Shown: positions 20,051 to 29,302 of the stretch, piece by piece | Layout: each line of letters starts with the position of its first letter | Numbering within the stretch: position 1 is the stretch's first letter | DNA from: Candidatus Omnitrophota bacterium | GTDB lineage: Bacteria; Omnitrophota; Gorgyraeia; Gygaellales; Profunditerraquicolaceae | Assembly (NCBI GenBank): GCA_018897555.1 | Contig: JAHIKK010000034.1 | Span: forward strand, 4,527 to 68,526 | Reading direction: 5' to 3' | DNA: 64,000 nucleotides | Made by a program: the position numbers and the translations under genes | The notes under the pieces: generated by a model | The model's database searches: none | What the model was told of the DNA's origin: nothing | Seen by the model: the letters and a program-made list of their open reading frames with translations, nothing else

Positions 20051-21487
20051 ATGGAATTAAATCAACTTACTGCTCACGAATTATTGGAAAAGCTTAACCA
20101 CCAAGAGACGACTCCTGAAGCGATTTTGGATTCGCTCCAAGCGCGTATACGAAAGGTTGAGCCTCAGGTTAAGGCTTATGTCCGAGGGGAACAGGAGGCA
20201 GGAAATCTTACTCTGAATTCCTTTTCTTTAGGCCCGCTTAAAGGATTACCGGTTACGATTAAAGATAATATCTGTACCGAAGGGCTGCCTACTGAATGTT
20301 GTTCGAAAATCCTCCGGGGTTTTCGCCCGCCGTATGACGCCACAGTAATTAGTAAATTAAAAAAAAGCGGTGCCGCAATTTTCCCATTAAAAGCGAACAT
20401 GGATGAGTTTGCTTTTGGTTCATCTTGCGAAAATTCCTATTTTGGGCCAACGCATAATCCCTGGAGTTTAGATTGTGTTCCCGGAGGTTCCTCCGGAGGA
20501 AGCGCCGCTGCCGTAGCCAGTGATGAAGCAATTTGGGCTTTAGGAAGCGATACCGGAGGCTCAATACGCCAGCCGGCATCTTTTTGCGGGGTAGTAGGAT
20601 TAAAACCGACATATGGCCGGGTTTCGCGTTTTGGATTAATTGCTTTTGCTTCCAGCCTGGATCAGATTGGCCCGATTACCAAGGATGTCCAGGATGCGGC
20701 AATTTTAACCGGTTTGATCTGCGGTTATGACCCTCGTGATTCAACTTCCGTAAATCAGGATGTTCCGGATTACACAAAAAGCCTCTCTGGTGATATCAGG
20801 GGGTTAAAGATCGGTATACCCAAAGAATATTTTGTCGCGGGTCTGGATTCGGAAATCAAAACGATTATTCAGGAGGCGGTAAACAAACTCCAAAACTTAG
20901 GCGCAGTTATTCATCAGGTATCCTTGCCGCATACAGAGTACGCTGTGCCGGTTTACTACATTATCGCGACCGCCGAAGCCAGCTCAAATTTGGCCAGGTT
21001 TGATGGAGTGCAGTATGGATACCGGGCACAATCAGATAATCTGATGCAAATGTATAAGTTGACTCGCGCGCAAGGTTTTGGCCAGGAGGCCAAACGCAGA
21101 ATCATCTTAGGAACCTTTGTTCTATCGCATGGATATTATGACGCGTATTATTTACGCGCCCTAAAGGTGCGCACGCTGATTAAGCAGGATTTTGATCAAG
21201 TTTTTGGGGATTTTGATTGTATCGTTGCTCCCACCTCCCCCACCAGCGCCTTTAAAATTGGTGAAAAGGCACTTGACCCTTTGAAGATGTATCTTTCCGA
21301 TATCTATACGATATCCGTAAATTTAGCAGGAATTCCGGCGATATCTATTCCTTGCGGCTTTACCAAAAAAGGATTGCCCGTAGGCCTGCAGATTATGGCC
21401 AAACCCTTTAATGAAGAGATGCTTTTTAGGGTAGCGCATACTTTTGAACAGAATACAGATTGGCATAAAATTAAACCCCGGCTATGA
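20051..21487 (+). CDS. gatA: Asp/Glu-tRNA amidotransferase subunit A
   Basis: Amidase signature [12 protein letters not shown]...[12 protein letters not shown]. Confidence 0.9.
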   Translation: MELNQLTAHELLEKLNHQETTPEAILDSLQARIRKVEPQVKAYVRGEQEAGNLTLNSFSLGPLKGLPVTIKDNICTEGLPTECCSKILRGFRPPYDATVISKLKKSGAAIFPLKANMDEFAFGSSCENSYFGPTHNPWSLDCVPGGSSGGSAAAVASDEAIWALGSDTGGSIRQPASFCGVVGLKPTYGRVSRFGLIAFASSLDQIGPITKDVQDAAILTGLICGYDPRDSTSVNQDVPDYTKSLSGDIRGLKIGIPKEYFVAGLDSEIKTIIQEAVNKLQNLGAVIHQVSLPHTEYAVPVYYIIATAEASSNLARFDGVQYGYRAQSDNLMQMYKLTRAQGFGQEAKRRIILGTFVLSHGYYDAYYLRALKVRTLIKQDFDQVFGDFDCIVAPTSPTSAFKIGEKALDPLKMYLSDIYTISVNLAGIPAISIPCGFTKKGLPVGLQIMAKPFNEEMLFRVAHTFEQNTDWHKIKPRL

Positions 21488-22917
21488 AATATCAAACCGT
21501 TATCGGCTTAGAAGTTCATCTGCAGCTAAATACCAAAACCAAGGCTTTTTGTGGCTGCTCTACGGATTTTGGGAAAGCCCCTAATTCCAACGTCTGCCCG
21601 GTATGCTTGGGATTTCCCGGAGCGCTTCCGGTTTATAATCACCAGGCGTTGAATTCCGCCATTAAGTTAGCCCTGGCTTTTGGCTGTCAGATTCAAGAGC
21701 ATACTAAATTTGACCGGAAGAATTATTTCTACCCGGATTTACCAAAAAATTACCAGATTTCACAATTTGATCTGCCCTTATCCCGGAACGGATATTTGGA
21801 TATCTATAGTCAGGATAAACCTAAGCGCATCGGGATTACCCGGGTACACTTAGAAGAAGATGCCGGTAAGCTCATCCATGAAACAGGGGTAAGCCTGGTG
21901 GATTTTAATCGCACCGGGATCCCCCTGCTTGAAATCGTCAGTGAGCCGGATTTATTCAGCCCGCAAGAAGCTTTCGATTACCTGACGAGTTTAAAAAGTA
22001 TTATCGAATATCTGGATGTGTCAGATTGCGATATGGAAAAAGGTTCTTTGCGCTGCGATGCTAATATTTCTTTACGGCTAGAAGGGGCTAAAGAACTGGG
22101 TGTGAAAACCGAACTAAAGAATATGAATTCTTTTAAAGGGGTAAAAGATGCCTTAACCTTTGAGGTAGAGCGCCAAACCCTGCTTTTGGAAGCAAACCAG
22201 AAGTTGGTTCAGGAAACCCGGCTTTGGGATGTGGAAAAGGGGGTTACTGTAGCCATGCGTACCAAGGAGGGGGCAAAAGATTACCGGTATTTTCCGGATC
22301 CGGATTTAACTGTCTTTATTATTGATGCGTCTATAATTTCTCAGATTAAGGCGCAGTTACCGGAACTGCCCCCGGAAAAAATGCGCCGTTTCGTTAAAGA
22401 ATACGGATTAACTGAATACGATGCCAAGATTTTAGTGAGCTCTAAAAATGATGCGGAGTTTTCCGAAAGCTGTATCCGGGATTACCCGGGAAAAGACAAA
22501 AAGGAATTGGTCAATTGGTTAATTGGCCCGTTATTGTCTGAAGCTAACTTTAGGAAAATAAAATTACATGAGTTAAATCTTAATAAGAATGAATTAATCA
22601 GTTTAATTGGTTTTGTGGAAAGGCAGGATATCTCTCATCTTTCGGCCAAGAGCGTATTAAGCCAATTGCTGGATACCGGGAAATCCGCGCGGGATTTGAT
22701 TGAGGAAGGTAATCTTAAGCAGATATCTAACGCGGAAGCGCTCCTGGAGGTAATGGAAACGGTTATTCAGGAAAATGCGAAATCAGTGAGTGATTTTAAG
22801 GCGGGAAAGACTAACGCGTTGATGTATTTGGTCGGACAGGTAATGAAGAAAAGTTCCGGCAAGGCTAACCCTAAGGTAGTCGGAGAATTAATAAGACGGA
22901 GGCTTACGGATGCGTAA
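21484..22917 (+). CDS. gatB: Asp/Glu-tRNA amidotransferase subunit B
   Basis: [15 protein letters not shown] start and a GatB/YqeY C-terminal domain. Confidence 0.9.
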   Translation: MKYQTVIGLEVHLQLNTKTKAFCGCSTDFGKAPNSNVCPVCLGFPGALPVYNHQALNSAIKLALAFGCQIQEHTKFDRKNYFYPDLPKNYQISQFDLPLSRNGYLDIYSQDKPKRIGITRVHLEEDAGKLIHETGVSLVDFNRTGIPLLEIVSEPDLFSPQEAFDYLTSLKSIIEYLDVSDCDMEKGSLRCDANISLRLEGAKELGVKTELKNMNSFKGVKDALTFEVERQTLLLEANQKLVQETRLWDVEKGVTVAMRTKEGAKDYRYFPDPDLTVFIIDASIISQIKAQLPELPPEKMRRFVKEYGLTEYDAKILVSSKNDAEFSESCIRDYPGKDKKELVNWLIGPLLSEANFRKIKLHELNLNKNELISLIGFVERQDISHLSAKSVLSQLLDTGKSARDLIEEGNLKQISNAEALLEVMETVIQENAKSVSDFKAGKTNALMYLVGQVMKKSSGKANPKVVGELIRRRLTDA

Positions 22918-24184
22918 AAAAATATTTTTTGTTTCTTTGTTAATCGCGCTGGTATTTATCAGCGTCAGGCTGGGTTTTTCCGATAATAAAAGGAAGAATA
23001 ATGATGCGTTATATAAACAGGTTGAATTATTCTCCAATACCCTGGCAATTATTCAAAAAGAATATGTTGATGACACAAAAACTAAAGATTTAATCTATGG
23101 GGCATTAAAAGGCATGTTGGTCTCTTTAGACCCACATAGCCAATTCATGGATCCGGAGACCTACGAGGAATTAAAAGTAGATACCCAGGGTAAATTCGGC
23201 GGCCTGGGTATTGAGATCACCATAAAAGATGGTTTGTTAACCGTAATTACGCCGATTGAAGATACTCCTGCCTGGAAAGCCGGGATAAAAGCTAATGACC
23301 ATATTGTAAAAATTAATGATGCTCTTACCCGTGAGATCTCCCTTACGGATGCGGTTAAAAAAATGCGCGGGAAGCCCGGTGAAGCCGTTAACCTTACCAT
23401 CTTAAGGGATTCTGAAAAAAAACTATTAGATTTTAAAATCACCAGAGGTATGATTAAGATTACAGATATAAAATATGCGCGTATCCTGGAAGAGGGGATT
23501 GGTTATATCCGGCTAAGTGAATTCCGTGAAAATACCTTCCCGGAATTAAATAAGGCCTTGGGTATCCTTACCAAACAGGGAATGCAGGCATTGATTATTG
23601 ATTTGCGCAATAATCCCGGCGGGCTTCTGGATGTTGCGGTTAAAGTGACCGGAAAGTTTCTGGGGCCGAATAAACTGGTTGCCTATACCAAAAGCAGGCA
23701 GAAGGCTCAAGAGCTGGAATTTTTTTCCGAGGCTAAAAATACAAGCTTAGAGTTACCGCTGGTGATTTTGATTAACGAAGGCTCGGCTTCCGGAAGCGAG
23801 ATTGTTGCCGGAGCCCTGCAGGATTATAAGCGGGCAATCATTATCGGGAAAAAGTCTTTTGGTAAAGGCTCCGTACAGACAGTTATTCCCCTGGCTGATG
23901 GTTCAGCCTTACGTTTAACTACGAGTCATTATTTTACTCCCTCCGGAAAAATAATCCAGGACAAGGGGATTACTCCGGATATCCTGGTAGAAGAAAAGAA
24001 AGTTCCGGATAACAAAATTGATGCGGTGGCTGATAAAAAGGCTGACGAGATATTTGATGAAATCCAGAATGGCCAGCAAACAAATAAACCGGCCAAAGAT
24101 GCTTTTAATTATAAGGCTGATCCGCAGCTGATGCGCGCTGTAGACGCTTTAAAAGTAATCCGGATTTATAAACAGGTCAAGTAA
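22910..24184 (+). CDS. ctpA: Carboxy-terminal processing protease (S41 family) with PDZ domain
   Basis: N-terminal signal/TM, a PDZ region, and LIIDLRNNPGGLLD and GSASGSEI motifs. Confidence 0.85.
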   Translation: MRKKIFFVSLLIALVFISVRLGFSDNKRKNNDALYKQVELFSNTLAIIQKEYVDDTKTKDLIYGALKGMLVSLDPHSQFMDPETYEELKVDTQGKFGGLGIEITIKDGLLTVITPIEDTPAWKAGIKANDHIVKINDALTREISLTDAVKKMRGKPGEAVNLTILRDSEKKLLDFKITRGMIKITDIKYARILEEGIGYIRLSEFRENTFPELNKALGILTKQGMQALIIDLRNNPGGLLDVAVKVTGKFLGPNKLVAYTKSRQKAQELEFFSEAKNTSLELPLVILINEGSASGSEIVAGALQDYKRAIIIGKKSFGKGSVQTVIPLADGSALRLTTSHYFTPSGKIIQDKGITPDILVEEKKVPDNKIDAVADKKADEIFDEIQNGQQTNKPAKDAFNYKADPQLMRAVDALKVIRIYKQVK

Positions 24185-24212
24185 TTTAAGCGCCAATTAA
24201 TATTATCAGCGA

Positions 24213-24983
24213 ATGAAAAACAAAACCTTTAAAGTTGCCTGGATTATATTACTTTTGTTTGTATTTATCGCGCTCATTTTGAGCCCGCTTCATAAAAAAG
24301 CCGCGCTTAGGAAAGCACCAAAGCGGCCCGGCCGGATTGCTATTGTCATTGATGATTGGGGATATAGCTTGAACAATCTTTGGATTATCGAGCAAATAAA
24401 ACAACCTTTAACCTGCGCGATTTTACCCGGTTTAAAAAATTCAAATCCGGTTATGCAAAAATTAAATAGTTTAGGTTTTGAAATAATTTTACATTTACCC
24501 ATGGAGCCAAAAGAAAAGTATCGTTTAGAGAACAATACGATTACCCTGGGGATGAATGCCGGAGAAATCGAAAATATTTTTGAGAAAGATTTATCCAGCA
24601 TTGCTTTGGCCAAGGGTATATCCAATCATATGGGGTCGCGGATCACTGAAGATAAAAAAGCCAGCGCCATGGTCATGGCCGAAGCAAAAAAACGTAAGCT
24701 ATACTTTTTCGATAGTTTTGTAACGAACAAATCCGTTTGCCCGGCTTTGGCTAAACAAATAAAGATCCGGTTTGCTAAAAGGGATGTTTTTTTGGATAAT
24801 CAGAATGATTTTGAATATATCAAAAGACAGCTGATAAAATTAAAGCATTTAGCCGGAAGGCAAGGCAGGGCCATTGGTATCGGCCATGACCGTCAAAACA
24901 CCCTGCTGGTATTAAAGGAGATGCTTCCGTTACTGGAAAGGGAAGGTTATAAATTTGTTTTTCTTTCGCAGGTGGTAGAATGA
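24213..24983 (+). CDS. Divergent polysaccharide deacetylase family protein (YibQ-like)
   Basis: N-terminal TM followed by IAIVIDDWGY motif. Confidence 0.7.
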   Translation: MKNKTFKVAWIILLLFVFIALILSPLHKKAALRKAPKRPGRIAIVIDDWGYSLNNLWIIEQIKQPLTCAILPGLKNSNPVMQKLNSLGFEIILHLPMEPKEKYRLENNTITLGMNAGEIENIFEKDLSSIALAKGISNHMGSRITEDKKASAMVMAEAKKRKLYFFDSFVTNKSVCPALAKQIKIRFAKRDVFLDNQNDFEYIKRQLIKLKHLAGRQGRAIGIGHDRQNTLLVLKEMLPLLEREGYKFVFLSQVVE

Positions 24984-25945
24984 TTGTTTTAGGAATTGAG
25001 AGCTCTTGCGATGAAACCGGGGTGGCTGTGGTTAAGAATGAAAGAAAAATTTTAGCGAATGTCATTGCCTCTAGCCTAAAATTACATAGCCGCCATGGCG
25101 GGGTGGTTCCGGAGATTGCCTCGCGTATGCAGTTGGAAAGTATCGCCGGCATATTTACTGAGGCAATGCAGATCGCTAAAATTAAGCCTGCGCAGATTGA
25201 CCTGGTTGCGGTTACCACTCATCCGGGTTTACCCGGGTCACTGATAACGGGGATCGCATTTGCCAAAGCACTGGCTTTAAGCTTAGGCAAGCCGATACTG
25301 GGGGTTAATCATATTCATAGCCATATTTATGCCAATCTTCTTTACCCTGAGAAGATTAAATTGCCGGCTGTAGCTTTAGTAGTTTCCGGTGGACATACCT
25401 CTCTTTTTTATCTAAAGGATTTTTCTAAAATCCAGGTATTGGGGCAAACCCGCGATGACGCCTGCGGTGAGGCTTTTGATAAGGTAGCCAAGATTATGGG
25501 GTTGGGTTATCCCGGAGGGCCGTTAATTGAAAAAATAGCTCGAGGTGGAAATGAGCATAAAATTAAGTTTGCTTGTTGGGGAAATACTGAGCTGGATTTT
25601 AGTTTCAGTGGTATAAAAACCGCGGTTTTATATTATTTAAAGGATAAAAAACCCGGCAGTAAATTGCTCAAAGACCTGGCTGCTTCTTTTCAAGAGAGTG
25701 CCGTCAATGTTTTAGTAAAAAAATCCCTGCTTGCCTGTAAACGAAAAAAGGTTAAGCATCTTTTAATCGGCGGCGGGGTGGCGGCCAACGGAGTTTTGCG
25801 TCAAAAATTAATGGCAAGCGCTAAAGCTGCAGGAATTAACTGTTTTTTTCCGAATATTGATCTGTGCATGGATAATGCGGCGATGGTTGCCGGCCTGGGA
25901 GGTTATCTTTATAAGCGCGGCGCAAGGAACGATTTTAAAAACTAG
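24980..25945 (+). CDS. tsaD: tRNA N6-adenosine threonylcarbamoyltransferase
   Basis: MIVLGIESSCDETGVAVV start and HSHIYA metal site. Confidence 0.9.
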   Translation: MIVLGIESSCDETGVAVVKNERKILANVIASSLKLHSRHGGVVPEIASRMQLESIAGIFTEAMQIAKIKPAQIDLVAVTTHPGLPGSLITGIAFAKALALSLGKPILGVNHIHSHIYANLLYPEKIKLPAVALVVSGGHTSLFYLKDFSKIQVLGQTRDDACGEAFDKVAKIMGLGYPGGPLIEKIARGGNEHKIKFACWGNTELDFSFSGIKTAVLYYLKDKKPGSKLLKDLAASFQESAVNVLVKKSLLACKRKKVKHLLIGGGVAANGVLRQKLMASAKAAGINCFFPNIDLCMDNAAMVAGLGGYLYKRGARNDFKN

Positions 25946-25989
25946 GGACCGTTTCTATTTTTCTTTTTAGAAAAATAGAAACGGTCCCT
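25944..25989. repeat. Palindromic repeat copy C, starting at the tsaD stop codon
   Basis: TAGGGACCGTTTCTATTTTTCT-tttt-AGAAAAATAGAAACGGTCCCT. Confidence 0.85.
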
Positions 25990-26009
25990 GATTCAAAAAA
26001 GGAGAATGT

Positions 26010-26456
26010 ATGCCTACGGACGGACAAATGATTGTACGTTTATTATTAACTTTGGTTTTAAGCGGTTTAATCGGCCTGGAAAGGCAGGTGCACCGCAGAG
26101 ATGCCGGCCTGCGCACGCATATATTAGTCGCTTTAGGTAGCTGCCTTATCATGTTGACATCTCTGTATGTTTTTGATATATATAAAGCTCAGGTGGCCTT
26201 AGACCCCGTACGTATTGCTGCGGGAGTAGTTACCGGTATTGGTTTTCTTGGCGCCGGTACAATCATCCGTGAATCCGATGGAGTTAAGGGCTTGACCACG
26301 GCGGCTAGCCTATGGGTGGTTGCGGGTATTGGTTTAGCGGTGGGGGTGGGTTTTAATAAAATCGCACTTTATACCACAATTTTGGTTTTAATTGTTTTAC
26401 ATTTTTTACGCTTTGTAGAAGTGCCACTTTCAAAGGAGGGTAAACATGGCCTTTAA
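26010..26456 (+). CDS. MgtC/SapB family membrane protein
   Basis: LSGLIGLERQ...AGLRTHILVALGSCLIM motif with 4-5 predicted TM helices. Confidence 0.75.
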   Translation: MPTDGQMIVRLLLTLVLSGLIGLERQVHRRDAGLRTHILVALGSCLIMLTSLYVFDIYKAQVALDPVRIAAGVVTGIGFLGAGTIIRESDGVKGLTTAASLWVVAGIGLAVGVGFNKIALYTTILVLIVLHFLRFVEVPLSKEGKHGL

Positions 26457-26949
26457 AAAGAACCTGGAGGAAAAAACGCTGGATGTCGATGCCGCAATGC
26501 AAGGGACCTTAAGCTTTAAGGATCCGGTTAATCTGCGGATTAACGGAAAATTTGAAGGCCATCTGGATACCCGGGGAAATTTGACTATCGGCACTTCGGC
26601 GGTAATCAACGCGGATATCGTGGGAGATAATATTATTATTGGCGGCCGGGTTACGGGCAAGATTACGGCTAAAGAAAGGCTTACCTTGCTTCCGCAGGCG
26701 ATAGTAGAAGGGCATATCTATCCGGCAAAACTTAATATTACCGAAGGCGCGGTTTTCCAGGGACAGTGCACAATGCTGCATGATTTTCTTAATTCGGAAC
26801 AACTGGCTAAATACCTGGAGGTAGAATTAGGCTCGGTCATGGAATGGGCTAATTCCGGAAAAGTGCCGGCAAGTAAAGAAAATAACGACTGGAAATTTGA
26901 ACGTAAAGCCATAGATTCCTGGGTAGCAACAGGCAAAATCGCAAAATAA
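26446..26949 (+). CDS. Bactofilin-domain protein with C-terminal excisionase-type helix-turn-helix extension
   Basis: Beta-helical bactofilin repeats (NLTIGTSAVINADIVGDNIIIGGRVTGKITAKERLTLLPQAIVEGHI...), then LNSEQLAKYLEVELGSVMEWANSGKVPASKENNDWKFERKAIDSWV, which resembles HTH_17. Confidence 0.65.
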   Translation: MAFKKNLEEKTLDVDAAMQGTLSFKDPVNLRINGKFEGHLDTRGNLTIGTSAVINADIVGDNIIIGGRVTGKITAKERLTLLPQAIVEGHIYPAKLNITEGAVFQGQCTMLHDFLNSEQLAKYLEVELGSVMEWANSGKVPASKENNDWKFERKAIDSWVATGKIAK

Positions 26950-26964
26950 AGTTTTGTTAAAAAA

Positions 26965-27276
26965 ATGACTGAAGAAAAAATGCTTACTGTTAGAGATGTA
27001 GCCACTATGTTAGGAGTCTCAGAAAAAGATGTTTTGGATCTGACTGAGAATGGGACGATTCCGGGTTATAAGGTAGGAGGCGTATATCTAAGATTTAAGA
27101 AGGAGCAGGTTGAACAATATAAGAAGAATCAAAGTCATCTGGCGCCTAAGGCGGCTAAAGGAGAATCCGAAGGCTTAGGCAGCAGGATCCATGACTTCTT
27201 TTATTTCAATGATTTTTATATCTTTGCCCTGATCCTCATCGTCCTTTTAGGATATCTGGTTTACCGGGGCCTTTAG
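26965..27276 (+). CDS. Excisionase-family HTH DNA-binding protein with C-terminal transmembrane anchor
   Basis: [49 protein letters not shown], and a hydrophobic C-terminus ([17 protein letters not shown]). Confidence 0.6.
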   Translation: MTEEKMLTVRDVATMLGVSEKDVLDLTENGTIPGYKVGGVYLRFKKEQVEQYKKNQSHLAPKAAKGESEGLGSRIHDFFYFNDFYIFALILIVLLGYLVYRGL

Positions 27277-27280
27277 AGCG

Positions 27281-27952
27281 ATGACTGCGGGTAAGGGGTT
27301 TTGTGATTTAGGGTTTGCCAAAATTGATACCGCCAGAAAGAAACGAAAAGGATTCGCGGAAGTTATTTATTGCCCGGGAAAAAATCGCCTGCACTTAAAG
27401 GAAATTGCTAAAAAAATAATTGCTTCCCGGGAAGACCTGCTTTTAACCAAACTGGATAAAACTACATTCTCCTTCTTAAAGAAAAAAATCCCTGTTTTAA
27501 AATATAATCCTTTGGCAAAAATCGGTTATTATTTAACCAAACCCAAAACCCTCTCTAAAGGTTTAGTGCTGGTGGTTTCTGCCGGAACAGCGGATATTCC
27601 GATAGCTGAAGAAGCGGTGCAAACCCTGCTGGTTATGGGTAATCGGGTCGAGAGGCTCTATGATGTAGGCGTAGCCGGAGTGCACCGCCTGATGAATAAT
27701 ATTGATAAATTAAGAAAGGCGCAAGTCATTGTGGTAGTGGCAGGCATGGAAGGAGCTTTAGCCAGTTTAGTCAGCGGATTAGTCAAGGCGCCGATTGTGG
27801 CTGTACCGACTAGCTGTGGATATGGATCCAGCTTTTCCGGGCTGGCCGCGCTGCTCACCATGCTCAATGGCTGCTCGCCGGGAGTAAGCGTAGTAAATAT
27901 TGATAACGGATTTGGGGCAGGTTATTTTGCCAGCTTAATCAACAGGAAATAA
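27281..27952 (+). CDS. larB: LarB-like (PurE-like) nickel-pincer cofactor biosynthesis carboxylase
   Basis: [19 protein letters not shown] matches the LarB-type N-terminal motif. The C-terminal domain is PurE-like ([10 protein letters not shown]). Confidence 0.55.
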   Translation: MTAGKGFCDLGFAKIDTARKKRKGFAEVIYCPGKNRLHLKEIAKKIIASREDLLLTKLDKTTFSFLKKKIPVLKYNPLAKIGYYLTKPKTLSKGLVLVVSAGTADIPIAEEAVQTLLVMGNRVERLYDVGVAGVHRLMNNIDKLRKAQVIVVVAGMEGALASLVSGLVKAPIVAVPTSCGYGSSFSGLAALLTMLNGCSPGVSVVNIDNGFGAGYFASLINRK

Positions 27953-27954
27953 TT

Positions 27955-29286
27955 ATGGCGCTTTCGGGTCTGGATATTTATAAATTATTGCCTAAAACAA
28001 ATTGCCGCCAGTGTGGTTTTGCCACCTGCCTGGCTTTTGCCATGCAGCTGGCCAAGAAAACAGTGGCGATTGAAAAATGCCCTTTTATTTCGCCGGAGGC
28101 TAAAAGTATTTTGGAAGCCCAGGCATTGCCGGCGATTAAATTAATTACTTTAGGCAGCCAGGAATCGAAATTTGATATTGGTAATGAAACGGTAATGTTC
28201 AGGCACGAAGAGAAATTCCGTAATCCGGCGGGAGTTGGTTTTATTATTGAGGATGGCCTAAGCGACACCGAAATAAGAGAGCGGCTTAGGAAAATTAATC
28301 AATTAAAATTCGAACGCGTAGGCCAACAGCTAAGCGTTAATCTGGTTGCCCTAAAGCAAAATAAGGATGCCTCCAGGTACCTGGAGGCGGTGAAATTGCT
28401 TCTGGATAATACAACTTTGCCGATGATGCTGATGAGCAAGGATTTGGCTGCTTTAAAACAAGCGGTAATTATCAGCCAAGAGCGTAAGCCGCTGCTTTAT
28501 TCCGCGCAACAGGAAAATTTCGCGCAAATCGGTGCTTTAGCTAAAGAATTTCAGCTGCCTTTGGTAGTAATGGCGCAGGATATTGACCAACTCCGCCGGC
28601 TGACCAAAGAACTTAACGGCTTAGGAGTAAACGAACTGATTTTAGATACCGGAATAAAGCCTTTGGCGGATAAAATCTGGGATTTAACCCAACTCCGCCG
28701 GCAGGCGCTGAAGAGATCAAATCGCGCATTGGGTTATCCCACCCTGGCCATCGTTGAGCAAACTGACCCTTATCTAGAGGCAATGGAGGCAGGCGCTTAT
28801 ATCGCTAAATATGCGGGATTAGTTTTGATTAAGGGATGGTCTAGTTGGGAAGTCCTTTCAATTTTGACCTTGCGGCAAAATATTTATACTGATCCGCAGA
28901 AACCTTTACAGATTGATCCTAAGCTTTACTCCGTTGGGCAGGTAAACCGGGATTCTCCGGTTCTGGTTACCACTAACTTTTCTTTAAGTTATTATACTGT
29001 TTTAGGAGAGGTAGAGGCCAGTAAAATACCCGCATACATCTTAAGCGTCGATACCCAGGGCATGTCTGTGCTTACGGCCTGGGCCGCGGAAAAATTTAAT
29101 GCCGAGGCAATTACAAAATCATTAGAAACCTGCGGGGTAAAAGAGGTAATCCGGCATAAGGATTTAATTATTCCCGGTTATGTTGCCATGATCAGCGGAG
29201 ACCTCCAAGATCAATCAGGGTTTAGAATAATTGTCGGCCCTAAAGAAGCAGCCGGGATCCCCGCGTTTTTAAAAAAACTTAATTAA
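27955..29286 (+). CDS. acsC: Corrinoid iron-sulfur protein large subunit (acetyl-CoA decarbonylase/synthase gamma subunit)
   Basis: N-terminal LDIYKLLPKTNCRQCGFATCLAFAMQLAK [4Fe-4S] motif, a TIM-barrel domain and a C-terminal corrinoid-binding domain. About 443 aa. Confidence 0.85.
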   Translation: MALSGLDIYKLLPKTNCRQCGFATCLAFAMQLAKKTVAIEKCPFISPEAKSILEAQALPAIKLITLGSQESKFDIGNETVMFRHEEKFRNPAGVGFIIEDGLSDTEIRERLRKINQLKFERVGQQLSVNLVALKQNKDASRYLEAVKLLLDNTTLPMMLMSKDLAALKQAVIISQERKPLLYSAQQENFAQIGALAKEFQLPLVVMAQDIDQLRRLTKELNGLGVNELILDTGIKPLADKIWDLTQLRRQALKRSNRALGYPTLAIVEQTDPYLEAMEAGAYIAKYAGLVLIKGWSSWEVLSILTLRQNIYTDPQKPLQIDPKLYSVGQVNRDSPVLVTTNFSLSYYTVLGEVEASKIPAYILSVDTQGMSVLTAWAAEKFNAEAITKSLETCGVKEVIRHKDLIIPGYVAMISGDLQDQSGFRIIVGPKEAAGIPAFLKKLN

Positions 29287-29302
29287 AGTTAAATTTTAAT
29301 TT

